A DNA stretch of 64,000 nucleotides from an uncultured Armatimonadetes bacterium (GCA_963716175.1 OY970296.1:3904001-3968000), one strand, 5' to 3'; counted from the stretch's first letter, positions 50,780-61,214 are shown. Program-made: numbers and translations. Notes: generated by a model not told the origin, from the letters alone.

Positions 50780-52303
50780 ATGCGCTCCCTGGCCTGTCTC
50801 TTGGCTGCGCTCGCGCTTGCCCTGGACGCCGCCGGTTCGTTCGCCGCTGCCCTCCCTCCCACCGTGATGGAAATCCGTGCCGACGTGGTAGAGCTCGATC
50901 TTAGCCGCCAGACCACGCGCGCTCATGGCCAGACGCGGCTCGACTACGGCAACCTGGAGCTGCATGCGGATCAGGTCACGGCCAATCGTGCGACCGGGGA
51001 GATAGAGGCGAGCGGACATCTCGCGCTAGTGCAGCAGGGCCGGCGGCTGGAGGGAGACAGCCTCAAGTACGACTATCGCCGGGAAGAAGGATCGCTGACT
51101 CAGGCGCGGGTGCGAGAGCAGGGCGTGGTGATCCGGGGAGAGAGCATCGAGTTCTCACCCACCCGCGTGGTGGCGCATCATGCCAGTTTCACCACCTGCG
51201 ACAAGCAGCCCCCGGACTACGCGCTGGGGGCGGATCTGATCTCGCTCACGGCACTTCAGCCGGGCCCACAGGGGCGCCCCGAGTCGGGGCGCCTCACCCT
51301 CGACCGCGCCCGGGTGATCTACCATGGCCATCGCCTGTTCACTCTGCCACGCTACACGGTCTCGGTGGGACAGATCGGCCAGGCCGGGACTTCCCCTTTC
51401 CCGGCCAGCGGCTTCGATCGGGACGATGGGCCCTATGGGCAGATCTCATACTCGCTGGGGCGCGCCGCGGCTGCGACGACGGCCGACCTCTCCTACCGCC
51501 TCACCAGCTTCCGGGGTGTGCGAGGCTACCTGAAGCTGCGGCGAAACGCCGGGCCCCTGGAGCTGAGCACGAGCTACGTGCGGCGAGAGGCCTCGAGCGA
51601 CCGGGAGGTGCAAGCGGACGAGTTCACCACTCATCTCGCCGACGTCATGGTGAACCGGGAGCCGGAGTTCCGAGCGGCCATTCCGGCCCTGCCTGTTGGC
51701 CGGTCCCTTCGCCTGCGGGCCGAGGTGCTCCAGGGATCGTACTCCGAGACCCGGCTGACCAAGTCGGAGATCCGCGCCCGCGCCGATCGCACTGCACTCA
51801 GCGCCCTACTGGTCTCCACGCCCTATCGGGTTTTTCGTGATCTAACTCTCAGCCAGGCCATGGGCTGGCGGCGATCCGACTACTCGTCGGGAGATCGCTT
51901 CGACATCCGGTTGGTGCGCCACAGCCTCGACTTCGCGCCCAGCGGGCCGGCGCGGCTCTCGCTCTCCTACGTGTCCCGGCGCGGAGACGGGAGAACGCCG
52001 TTCCTGTTCGACGCCATTGAGGTGGGCCGGGAGCTGCTGGCGGACGTGCGGCTGCGCCTGGGTCCGCGCTGGCAGGTCCGACTAGTTGATCTCTATGACC
52101 TCACGCGGCGGGATTCGCGTGATATCATGCTGGCGGTGACGCGCACCGTCCACTGCTTGGACTACACTGTCGGTTGGCGGAAATCGCGGGGGACGTTGTT
52201 CTTCGGGATCGGCCTCACTCCCCCCTCCGCACCAGAGCGGGAGCATGAGCGAGCGGGAGCGGCGACGGCGGATTATCGAATACCTGCGCTCGGGGAAGAC
52301 TGA
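50780..52303 (+). CDS. LptD/OstA-like outer-membrane assembly protein
   Basis: OstA-like N-terminus, ASFTTCD..PDY, beta-barrel-like C-terminus with TPFLFD, HCLD. Confidence 0.72.
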   Translation: MRSLACLLAALALALDAAGSFAAALPPTVMEIRADVVELDLSRQTTRAHGQTRLDYGNLELHADQVTANRATGEIEASGHLALVQQGRRLEGDSLKYDYRREEGSLTQARVREQGVVIRGESIEFSPTRVVAHHASFTTCDKQPPDYALGADLISLTALQPGPQGRPESGRLTLDRARVIYHGHRLFTLPRYTVSVGQIGQAGTSPFPASGFDRDDGPYGQISYSLGRAAAATTADLSYRLTSFRGVRGYLKLRRNAGPLELSTSYVRREASSDREVQADEFTTHLADVMVNREPEFRAAIPALPVGRSLRLRAEVLQGSYSETRLTKSEIRARADRTALSALLVSTPYRVFRDLTLSQAMGWRRSDYSSGDRFDIRLVRHSLDFAPSGPARLSLSYVSRRGDGRTPFLFDAIEVGRELLADVRLRLGPRWQVRLVDLYDLTRRDSRDIMLAVTRTVHCLDYTVGWRKSRGTLFFGIGLTPPSAPEREHERAGAATADYRIPALGED

Positions 52304-53462
52304 CGCAGCCGCCAGCGAACTGGCTGGCTCCCGAGAGGTCTACCCGGGGGACGGCGCGCTCCATCATGTGATCGGGATGGCCTTCGCTGCCACCGGCACG
52401 CTGGGGCCGGCGTTAGAGGAGCTGGAGACCGCGGCCAAGCTCGACCCTCGGTCGGCCCAGACTCTGGCCGATCTGGCCCAGGTGCAGCTGGCGCGAGGCG
52501 ATACCGAGAGCGCGATCGGCTCGGCCGAGCAAGCGATGGCACTGGCCCCGGACCTGGCGTTGGCCCGCTTCACCCTGGGGCGGGCCTGCCTCGCGGCCGA
52601 GCACGCCAGCCAAGCCCGGAGGCCGCCTTCTCCCCTGCCCGGCGAGCATTTCCCACTGGCAGACGGCCGCACCCCGGCCTACCTGCGCGCGCTCCGCGAA
52701 ATGGAGACCGCGCTGGATGCCAGGCCGCCTTTCCTGGACGCGGTGCGAGCGGCGCTGACCTTGGCCTATCAGCGGGCCGGACACTACCACGCCGCGTGGG
52801 AGCAACTGCGCAGCCGGCTGGCCGAGCAGCCGATGGACCGGGAAACCAACGAGATCCAAGCTCGGCTCCAGAATGTGAGCAATGAGATCATCCGGGAGCG
52901 ATACTGGGCGATGGAGGAGGCCGATCTGCCCGGGATCGAGCGAGCGGCGCGAGCGCCGGAGGCGCGGCCGGAGGCGAAGCTGCGTCTGGCGCACGCCTAC
53001 GCCGCGGTGGGCCAGGACGAGCGATTGGCGGCCGCTCTCGCACAGGCGCGACAGTCCGGCTATCACCCAGCAGATGCGGAGGTCACCCGCACCGGGGACA
53101 GACGGCGCTATGCCGGCACCTCGGACGCGCATGTGCTGATCGGCGGCGGCCTGGAATGCGTCATTGACGAACAGCTCCGCTTCCTGCCCTATGCTGGCAT
53201 TCGCAGCATCCGCTGCGGCGAGCCGCGGCTATGGCGGGAGGTGAGCATAGAGTTCGCCGATGGCGGTCGAGCGGAGGGGCTGGCGCCCGCACTCTACCGT
53301 CTCTCTCTGCGCAGCCCCAGCGAGTTCATCCAGAGCGGCCGGTTCACGCAGTTGAGCTACGGCCCCGGGGAGACCCGCTACGCCTATGCCATCGGCGCCC
53401 GGAACCTGATCAGCGATTCCGGTGTCATCCCCTTCGCCGAAGTGGAGTCAGTGGTATTCTGA
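52245..53462 (+). CDS. TPR protein with a C-terminal ImpE/TagJ-like domain
   Basis: N-terminal TPRs. C-terminus DAHVLIGGGLEC...LPY..I..I...LWREV.I...DG...PALY...GRFT...GAR resembles ImpE (recognised by eye). Confidence 0.65.
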   Translation: MSERERRRRIIEYLRSGKTDAAASELAGSREVYPGDGALHHVIGMAFAATGTLGPALEELETAAKLDPRSAQTLADLAQVQLARGDTESAIGSAEQAMALAPDLALARFTLGRACLAAEHASQARRPPSPLPGEHFPLADGRTPAYLRALREMETALDARPPFLDAVRAALTLAYQRAGHYHAAWEQLRSRLAEQPMDRETNEIQARLQNVSNEIIRERYWAMEEADLPGIERAARAPEARPEAKLRLAHAYAAVGQDERLAAALAQARQSGYHPADAEVTRTGDRRRYAGTSDAHVLIGGGLECVIDEQLRFLPYAGIRSIRCGEPRLWREVSIEFADGGRAEGLAPALYRLSLRSPSEFIQSGRFTQLSYGPGETRYAYAIGARNLISDSGVIPFAEVESVVF

Positions 53463-53463
53463 T

Positions 53464-53557
53464 GATGTTCGCACAACGAAGTAATGTGCGAACATCGCCC
53501 TGTGCCTGTCTGGGCCGCCGCTTGAGCTTCGCCGTGCTACTTCATTCGGCGAAGCTC
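53464..53557. repeat. Inverted pair of hairpins with complementary loops
   Basis: GATGTTCGCACA-acgaagtaa-TGTGCGAACATC and GAGCTTCGCCG-tgctacttcatt-CGGCGAAGCTC. Confidence 0.75.
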
Positions 53558-53666
53558 TTTAGGGGGCCGGCGGGGATGCAAAGCAAGGCCTGTCCTCGGC
53601 TGCGGTTCCCATCTCCCGTGCTCCGCGGTATAATCACGCCCGAAGACTGCTCTGAGAGGGAGCCAG

Positions 53667-54812
53667 ATGACGCGGAAAGAGCGGGTGAGAGAGGCCATCC
53701 GGCACCGTGAGCCCGACATGGTGCCAGTAGGAGAGTGGATCATAGATTACGAGCCCGCTTCCCTGGTGCTGGGCCGTCCCACCTTCCTGCGCGGCAAGGC
53801 CCAGCTCGCCCACGCGCTCTGGGCGGGGCGGCGAGACGAGATCGTCGCTTCGGTGAAGAGCGACATGGTCGAGTTGGTGGACCGCCTCGACCTCGATCTG
53901 GTGTGCGCCGATCTCACCTGGCCCCGCGGGCTCGAGTATCAGCCACCCGAACAGGTGGACGCGGAGACCTGGCGGGATCGCCACGGGAACGTGTTCCGGT
54001 ACTCGGAGCTGACGCGCGACCTGATGCTGTTGAAGGCGGGCGAGGAGGACTACGAGCCGGCGCGGCCGTCGAGCAGGCAGGAAGGGGAGTTTCGGCCCGA
54101 TCCCTCAGAGCTGGAGGTGATCGAGCACGTGATGGCCGCGCTCGGGAAGACGCACTTCACCTTCACCGGGATGGGCCGGGCCGGCCTGCCCATCTTCACC
54201 GCACTCTGGGTGGAGCGGGACCTGCTGCGCCTGGCGGACGAGGACCCGGAGGTGCTGGCCCAGGAAAGGCTGGAAGGGGCGGAGTGGGCGGCGAAGCGGA
54301 TGCCGTTCTTCGCGGGGCTGGGCTTCGATGCCATCCTGGGCGGCGAGGACTACGGCTTCAACTCCGGCCCGTTCATGTCGCCCGGGACTTTCCGCCGCGT
54401 CTTCTTTCCCGGGCTGCAGCGGATTTGCCAGGCCGCCCACGAGAACGGGCTGTACTACATCTGTCACTCCTGTGGCAACCTGCGGGCCATCCTCCCGCTC
54501 ATGATCGAGGCCGGGATTGATGTCTACCAGGCGATCCAGCCGATCGAGGACATCGCGGGCCTGAAGCGGGATTTCGGGCGCGATCTCTGTCTCTGGGGCG
54601 GGGTGAGCAACCACGATCTGGTGGTGAGCGGTCCCGATGAGATCCGGCGGCAGGTGCGCCATGCCATCGAGACCTGCGCACAGGGGGGTGGGTTCATCCT
54701 CGGCTCCAGCCACAGCATGACGGTGCGCACCCCGCTGGATAACATAGTGGCCATGCTGGAGGCCGCGGGCCGCCATCCCCGGCCGGCTGCGGCGGAAGCG
54801 AGAGCTACCTGA
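53667..54812 (+). CDS. Uroporphyrinogen decarboxylase-like family protein
   Basis: EDYG..SGPFMSP, HSCGN, LWGGV, GGFILGSSH. Confidence 0.85.
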   Translation: MTRKERVREAIRHREPDMVPVGEWIIDYEPASLVLGRPTFLRGKAQLAHALWAGRRDEIVASVKSDMVELVDRLDLDLVCADLTWPRGLEYQPPEQVDAETWRDRHGNVFRYSELTRDLMLLKAGEEDYEPARPSSRQEGEFRPDPSELEVIEHVMAALGKTHFTFTGMGRAGLPIFTALWVERDLLRLADEDPEVLAQERLEGAEWAAKRMPFFAGLGFDAILGGEDYGFNSGPFMSPGTFRRVFFPGLQRICQAAHENGLYYICHSCGNLRAILPLMIEAGIDVYQAIQPIEDIAGLKRDFGRDLCLWGGVSNHDLVVSGPDEIRRQVRHAIETCAQGGGFILGSSHSMTVRTPLDNIVAMLEAAGRHPRPAAAEARAT

Positions 54813-54844
54813 CCCCGCGCGACCACGAGGCAGAGCGCAAGCAG

Positions 54845-55462
54845 ATGGTGGAGTACCAAATCCGCCGCCGCGGCATCTCCGACCGGCGGGTGCTGGCGGC
54901 GATGGAGAAGGTGCCGCGCCACCTCTTTCTCCCCAACCCCGAGGACTTCGCCGCCTACGACGATATGCCGGTCCCCATCGGATGCGGCCAGACTGTCTCG
55001 CAGCCTTACATGGCGGCGGTGATGACGGAGCTACTGCGGCTCAGGGGCGAGGAACGGGTGCTCGAGATCGGCACCGGCTCGGGCTATCAGGCTGCGATTC
55101 TGGCGGAGCTCTGCTCCGAGGTGATCACGGTAGAGCGATTCGAACCGCTGGCGGAACGCGCCCGCTCCCTCCTCGCCGAGCTGGGGTACCAGAACGTGGC
55201 CGTGATCATCGGTGACGGAACCCTGGGCTACCCGGAGAAGGCGCCCTATGATCGCGTCATCGTCACCGCGGCCGCGCCCAAGATCGCCCAGCCCTGGCTC
55301 GACCAACTGGTTGATGAAGGGCGCCTGGTGGTGCCGCTGGGTCAGCGCTGGAGTCAGACCCTGACCCTGATCAAGAAGCGGGGCGGGAGAATCGAGCAGG
55401 AAGACCACGGGGGGTGCGTCTTCGTCCCCCTGGTGGGAGAGCACGGCTGGGGGCAAGGCTGA
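54845..55462 (+). CDS. pcm: Protein-L-isoaspartate O-methyltransferase
   Basis: VPRHLF, GQTVSQP, LEIGTGSGY, FVPLVG. Confidence 0.94.
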   Translation: MVEYQIRRRGISDRRVLAAMEKVPRHLFLPNPEDFAAYDDMPVPIGCGQTVSQPYMAAVMTELLRLRGEERVLEIGTGSGYQAAILAELCSEVITVERFEPLAERARSLLAELGYQNVAVIIGDGTLGYPEKAPYDRVIVTAAAPKIAQPWLDQLVDEGRLVVPLGQRWSQTLTLIKKRGGRIEQEDHGGCVFVPLVGEHGWGQG

Positions 55463-55526
55463 GGGAGGGGCGGGTTGGTGGTGGCAGGAGGCAAGCCCCT
55501 GCCCGACTGGCTTCGATTCCTCCTCC

Positions 55527-57196
55527 TCAATCCCCGACGTAGCCCAGCGCGCGCAGCCTTTCCTTCGCCTGCTCCGAGAGCTGGAAGGGCCGGGCTTCCT
55601 CGCCGCGGCTGGCCTGCCACCGGCGGGCCTCTGCCTGGGCCGACTGGGTGAGGGACTTCAGGCGGCTGCGCAGCTCGGAGCCGGCGCCGGTAGCGGCGAG
55701 GTCGTGCCGCTCCTGCCGGTCGGCCCGCCGATCGTAAACCTCGAAGCGGCCGCCGCGGGGACCGCCATAGGGGTGGTAGACCACCCTGTAGCCATCGGTG
55801 GTGAGAGCTGTCTGCTCCAACCCGTACAGCAGGGCCTCCGAGTATACTTCGCACCCGCGGGCGCCATCCCGCCTTGGCAGCGCCTGCACCTTGTGCCCGT
55901 TGAGGTCGGGAGCGTGGGCGAACTCGAGGAGGGTGCCCGCGAGCTCGGCAGAGGCCACGGTCTGGGTCACCCGCTTGTCCGCGGCCACGCCCCGGGGCCA
56001 CTTCACCAACAGGGGAACCGAGAGCACCTCTTCATGCATGCTGTGCCCATGGTCGAACCCGCCGTGGTCGAACAACTCCTCGCCATGGTCGGCCGCCATC
56101 ACCACCAGCGAGTTCTCGTACACTCCGGCCCCTCTCAGGCCCTTCAGCAGTTCACCTGCCCAGCGGTCAACGTAGCGCACCTCTTCCGCGTACATGACCC
56201 GACAGAACTCCTGGTAGCGCCGTCTCGTGCCGGCCGGCGCTTGCCGAATGCCCTGGTACCAGCGCTCTCGCCTCGCCACCCAATGGGAGGGATAGCGGGC
56301 GCGAAGCTGGGGCGGGGTATCAGGCGCGTCGTAGGGGCAGTGGGGGTCGAGGTAATGGACCCAGAGGAAGAACGGCTGGCGGCGGTTCAGCTTGACCCAA
56401 TCGAGCGTATGCTCGGTGAGCGTCTGGGCGTGCGCAAGCTCCGAGTTGGTGCCGTCCGCGCCACCCTCGTTGCGGAAGTGGTCGAACCCGCGGCTCCAGC
56501 CCCGATCCGCCTCCAGGAAGACATTGGTCAACTCCGCGGTGGTGGTGTATCCCGCGCGCTGAAGCTGCTCCGGCAAGAGGTTGATCTCCTCTGGCAAGCG
56601 CGCCCGGCCCCGGTACCAGTCGCTGCCCACCGGCTCCGGGCTCTTGAGACCGCACTGGGAAGGCGGCAGTGAGGTGAAGACGGTCCCGAACGAAGTGAGC
56701 GTCCAGGGCGATCCGACATAGGCGGCGTCGTACTGAGTGGCCTCCCGGGCGAAGGCGTCCAGGTTCGGGGTCAGACCGCGGCCGCTGCCGTAAGCCCCCA
56801 GATGGTCGGTGCGCAGCGCATCGATGGTGATCAAGATCAGGTTCGGCCGCGCGTCGCCGGGCCGACGCGCCAGGGGCGCCGCTTCCCGCAGCCAGCCGCT
56901 AGGCAGGACTGGAGCTAGCCACAACACGGCCGGCGCCAGGGCCAATGCTGCGAGCAGAGCGGTCACCACTCTCCGGCCTGACGGATTCCAGAAATGGCCG
57001 CGCGCGCCCCCGGCCAGAGCCGACCCAGGAGTGGAGAGCATACGACTCCCACCAGCCATCCGACCGCACCACTTCGCAGCAGAGCGAAGAGGCTCAGCCG
57101 CGGCCAGGCTGTGGACCAGTCGCGCAAAGCAAAGACCAGGCCGACGATGAAGCCGAAGAGGCCAGCCGTAGCGAGCGCGGTGACGTATCTGCGCAT
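55527..57196 (-). CDS. Membrane-anchored sulfatase-like (alkaline phosphatase superfamily) protein; frameshift at 57007-57011
   Basis: ITIDALR, SPWTLTS, HYLDPH, ADHGEE, HGH. Adding one G joins the TM ORF 56963-57196 in frame. Confidence 0.82.
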
Positions 57197-57297
57197 GGCG
57201 TAATCTCTGACTGCCCTCCTACTGGATTCGACGCCGAGCGGGCGCGCCCTGCCCCCAACAGCAGGCGAAGGCAGGCCGCTGGCGAAGGCCGGGCCTC

Positions 57298-58884
57298 ATG
57301 TCGCCGCGTTCTCACTGGTCTCTGGGTATGGGCCTCGCGGTGCTGCTGCTCGCCGCAGCCGCCTTGCTGCTGGCGCCGATGTTGGCTTACCTGTTCGGCC
57401 GCGATCAGGGCGTGTTCGCTTGCGGGGCCGAGGTCCTGGCGCGGGGCGGCGTCCTCTACCGCGATCTATGGGATGTGAAGCCCCCCGGGATCCACTACCT
57501 CTATTGGCTGAGCTTCATCGCCTTCGGACGTTCCATGCTGGCCCCGCGCCTGCTCGACCTGCTGTGGACTCTGGCCACCGCCGGCGGCCTGCTCGTGCTG
57601 AGCAGGCGATTGGCTGCGCCGCTGTGGGCCGCGGTGGCCGGCGCTTTCCTGTTTCTGATTCGATACGCGCTGGGTTTCGACTACTGGCACACCGCCCAGG
57701 GTGATGGCTTCGCCTCCTTACCTCTGACACTGGCGGCGCTCTCTCTGCTGGGCGCGGAGCGCAGGCGCAGTTGGTGGTTGGCGGCAGGGTGCGGTGCGCT
57801 GGTGGGGGCGGCCATCATCATCAAGTTCACATTGGCGGTGTTCCTGGCGCTTCCTCTGATCGCAGTGTTAGTAGCAAGAGAAGAGCGATGGCCGGCGCGG
57901 TTGCTACGGGCGGCGGGCTACGCCTTCGGCTGCCTCGTGGTGATCGCCTTGGTGGCGGCCAGTTTCTGGAAGGCCGGGGCGTTGAAGGACATGGTCGAGA
58001 TCCTGTTCATGTGGAACGCGCGCTATGCCACGATCCGGTCGCCGTACCCGGTGGCCTATGTGATCATCCGGCAGACCCTTCGCTTCCTCTTCGGGGGCCA
58101 GTATCTGGTCCTGAAGCTGATCGGGCTGCTCGGCGTCATCGGGCTGGCCGACCTGGTGGTGAGGCGGCGCGCCGCTCCCTACTGGTGGCTAGCCCCGGCC
58201 TGGTTCGGGGCCATGCTGGTACAGGTTTGGGCGCAGGGGAAATACTACGAGTACCACTGGCTTCCGGTGCTGCCCCCGTTGGGCCTGCTGGCCGGGCAAG
58301 GGATGGCGGCGGCATGGCGCCTGCTGCGGGCGCGAGCGCCCACGCCCACACTGGCGCGGGCCGCGGCCGGGATAGGCCTCGCTCTGCTCCTGGTATGCTG
58401 TGGCTTCGGCTACTGGGCGCAGTTCGCCCCGGAGATCCGCTATGCCACCGGCGCGCTGCCGGCGGCCGATTTCGCAGGCCTGTTCTATGACCGGACGGAT
58501 TTCTCGCTCTCCGCCGACCTGCAAGTGGCATCGTTTCTGAAGAGTCACACCTCACCGCACACGCCCATCTTCATCTGGGGCTTCGAGCCCGTCATCTACT
58601 TCCTGGCCGACAGGCCGCCAGCCAGCCGCTTCATCTCTCAGCATCCACTGGTGACCCCGTGGTCCCCGCCCGCCTGGAGACAGGAGTTGATCAGAGACCT
58701 GACCGCGCGCCCGCCGGCGTATGTGCTCGTGGTACACGATGATGTCATGCCCTGGATGACCATGCGGCCCTACGATTCTGCGACCGAGCTGGCCTACTAC
58801 CCGGAGCTGGCCGGTCTGCTCAACAGCAGCTATCGTCCGGTGGGGAGGATCGAGGACTTCGATATCTGGGGGAGAGCGGGGTGA
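57298..58884 (+). CDS. GT-C fold glycosyltransferase (ArnT/GT39-like)
   Basis: RDQG, YRDLWDVKPPG, many TM helices, IFIWG.EP..Y. Confidence 0.85.
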   Translation: MSPRSHWSLGMGLAVLLLAAAALLLAPMLAYLFGRDQGVFACGAEVLARGGVLYRDLWDVKPPGIHYLYWLSFIAFGRSMLAPRLLDLLWTLATAGGLLVLSRRLAAPLWAAVAGAFLFLIRYALGFDYWHTAQGDGFASLPLTLAALSLLGAERRRSWWLAAGCGALVGAAIIIKFTLAVFLALPLIAVLVAREERWPARLLRAAGYAFGCLVVIALVAASFWKAGALKDMVEILFMWNARYATIRSPYPVAYVIIRQTLRFLFGGQYLVLKLIGLLGVIGLADLVVRRRAAPYWWLAPAWFGAMLVQVWAQGKYYEYHWLPVLPPLGLLAGQGMAAAWRLLRARAPTPTLARAAAGIGLALLLVCCGFGYWAQFAPEIRYATGALPAADFAGLFYDRTDFSLSADLQVASFLKSHTSPHTPIFIWGFEPVIYFLADRPPASRFISQHPLVTPWSPPAWRQELIRDLTARPPAYVLVVHDDVMPWMTMRPYDSATELAYYPELAGLLNSSYRPVGRIEDFDIWGRAG

Positions 58885-58930
58885 GCGGCGGCGATGCCTG
58901 CGGCATGGCCGCCCTACAAGCGACGGCGAT

Positions 58931-58959
58931 GTGACGGGCGCGAGGGGATGTGCTAGAAT
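58931..58959 (+). promoter_or_regulatory. Putative sigma70 promoter for pcrA
   Basis: GTGACG-17-TAGAAT with TGn. Confidence 0.5.
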
Positions 58960-59009
58960 GGCAGCGCCAATCTGCTTGTTCTCCATCTCTGGGGTCATGG
59001 TGATCCATC

Positions 59010-61214
59010 GTGTCTGACTCTGCCCAGTCCGCGATCCTCAATGCCTTGAATGAGCAGCAGCGGGAGGCGGTCGAGTATGGCGACGGCCCCTTGCTCATCT
59101 TCGCCGGCGCGGGCAGCGGCAAGACGCGGGTGCTGACCTATCGCGCCGCCTATCTGATCCGGGCCCGCGAGGTGGAGCCCTCCCGCATTCTGGCCGTGAC
59201 CTTCACCAACAAGGCGGCGGATGAGATGCGCGGGCGACTGCGGCGGCTGCTGGGCGGGCAGCACCGGGAGATGTGGATCGGAACTTTCCACGCGGTGTGC
59301 GCCCGCATCCTGCGCGCCGATGGAGAGCGGGTGGGGGTGCCCTCCGGGTTCGTGGTGTTCGATGAATCCGACCAGAACACACTGATGAAAGATTGCCTGC
59401 GCGACCTCGACCTGAACCCGGAGCAGTTCCAGCCCTCGCGCATCCTGGGCGAGATCGGCAATGCCAAGAACGAGCTCATCGGCCCGCGTGACTACTACAA
59501 CTGGCGCGGCGGACGGCCCTACGACGAGATCGTGTCGCGCGCCTACACGCTCTATCAGCAGCGGCTGCACGATAACCAGGCGCTCGATTTCGACGACCTG
59601 ATTGACTATGCGGTGTGGCTGTTCGAGCGCGATCCGGAGGTGCTGGCGCGCTACCAGGACCGCTTCCAGCACCTCTTGGTGGACGAGTACCAGGACATCA
59701 ACTTCGCCCAGTATCGGCTGATCGCACTGCTGGCGGCCAAGCGCCGCAATCTCACCGTGGTGGGCGATGACGACCAGGCGATCTACGGCTGGCGCGGCGC
59801 GGACATGCGGATCATCATGCGCTTCGACCAGGACTATCCCGAGGCCAGGGTGATCAAGCTGGAGCAGAACTACCGCTCCACCCAGAACGTGCTGCGGGCG
59901 GCCTGGGAGGTGGTTCGCCACAACCGCACCCGGCGGGAGAAGCGACTCTGGACCGACGCGCCGCCGGGCGAGAGGATCGCCTGCCACCGGGCCGCGGATG
60001 AGCACGCGGAGGCCTTCTTCGTCGCCGATACCATCGAGCATCTGCGACTCCACGAGAACCGTTCCCATCAGGACTTCGCCATTCTCTACCGCGTCAACGC
60101 CCAGTCCCGCGTGTTCGAGAAGGTCTTCGTCAGTCGCGGCATTCCCTATCGCATCGTCGGCGGGCTCCGCTTCTACGACCGGGAAGAGATCAAGGACATC
60201 CTCGCCTATCTTCGGGTGGTGCACAACCCGACAGACTCCGTGAGCCTGAAGCGCATTATCAACAAGCCCACCCGTGGCGTCGGCAAGACCACGCTCCAGC
60301 ATCTCGAACAGGCGGCGCGGGAGCGCAACATGTCACTACTCGAGGTTTGCCGACATGCGGAGGCGATCCCGGAGCTGGGTGCGCGGGCTCAGCAAGCGGT
60401 GGGGCAGTTCGTGAACCTGGTGGATCATCTGCGCGCCAGAGCGGAAACGGCCAGCGTAACCGAGCTGACCGAGGCCGTGATCGAGCAATCGAGCTATCGC
60501 CTGGCGCTGGAGGAAGAGCGCACGGTCAAAGCGCGGGGGAAGCTGGACAATATCCGCGAGCTTACCACCGCCACGCGAGAATACGAGGAAAGCGCCGAGC
60601 CGCCCACGCTGCCGGGGTTCCTGGAGAACGTGGCCCTGCTCACCAGTGCGGACATGCTGAAAGAGGGCGTGGAGGCGGTTCTGCTGATGACCTTGCACAG
60701 CGCCAAGGGCCTGGAGTTCCCGGTCGTGTTCCTCGTCGGCCTGGAGGAGGGGCTCTTTCCCCTCGCGCGGGCGATCATCTCCGACAATCCGCTGGAGCTG
60801 GAGGAGGAGCGCCGACTGGCCTATGTCGGCATCACCCGGGCGAAGGAACGGCTTTTCCTCACCTCGGCCGAATCGCGCACCATCTTCGGCGGTACCTCCT
60901 ACACCAAGGTCTCGCGCTTCCTGGAGGACGTCCCGGAGGAGCTGTGCGAGCCCATCGGCCCTACCTCGCCCCGCAATATCACCTGGGAGACGGCCGACGT
61001 CGCCCGCTCACCCGCCGCCCAACAGATCCTGGTCGAAGCCGGCGTGGGAGAGGCGCCCTTCAAAGTCGGCGACAGGGTGCGCCATGGCCAGTTCGGCAGC
61101 GGCATGGTGGTCTCAGTGACCGGCAGCGGCCCGGACCTGCTGGTATCCGTCGCGTTTCCGAAGCAGGGAATCAAGAAGCTGGACCCGCAGTACGCGAAGC
61201 TGGAGAAGCTGTAG
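59010..61214 (+). CDS. pcrA: ATP-dependent DNA helicase PcrA/UvrD
   Basis: AGAGSGKT, DEYQD, GDDDQAIY.WRGA, TLHSAKGLEF, YVGITRA, C-terminal Tudor-like domain. Confidence 0.96.
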   Translation: MSDSAQSAILNALNEQQREAVEYGDGPLLIFAGAGSGKTRVLTYRAAYLIRAREVEPSRILAVTFTNKAADEMRGRLRRLLGGQHREMWIGTFHAVCARILRADGERVGVPSGFVVFDESDQNTLMKDCLRDLDLNPEQFQPSRILGEIGNAKNELIGPRDYYNWRGGRPYDEIVSRAYTLYQQRLHDNQALDFDDLIDYAVWLFERDPEVLARYQDRFQHLLVDEYQDINFAQYRLIALLAAKRRNLTVVGDDDQAIYGWRGADMRIIMRFDQDYPEARVIKLEQNYRSTQNVLRAAWEVVRHNRTRREKRLWTDAPPGERIACHRAADEHAEAFFVADTIEHLRLHENRSHQDFAILYRVNAQSRVFEKVFVSRGIPYRIVGGLRFYDREEIKDILAYLRVVHNPTDSVSLKRIINKPTRGVGKTTLQHLEQAARERNMSLLEVCRHAEAIPELGARAQQAVGQFVNLVDHLRARAETASVTELTEAVIEQSSYRLALEEERTVKARGKLDNIRELTTATREYEESAEPPTLPGFLENVALLTSADMLKEGVEAVLLMTLHSAKGLEFPVVFLVGLEEGLFPLARAIISDNPLELEEERRLAYVGITRAKERLFLTSAESRTIFGGTSYTKVSRFLEDVPEELCEPIGPTSPRNITWETADVARSPAAQQILVEAGVGEAPFKVGDRVRHGQFGSGMVVSVTGSGPDLLVSVAFPKQGIKKLDPQYAKLEKL

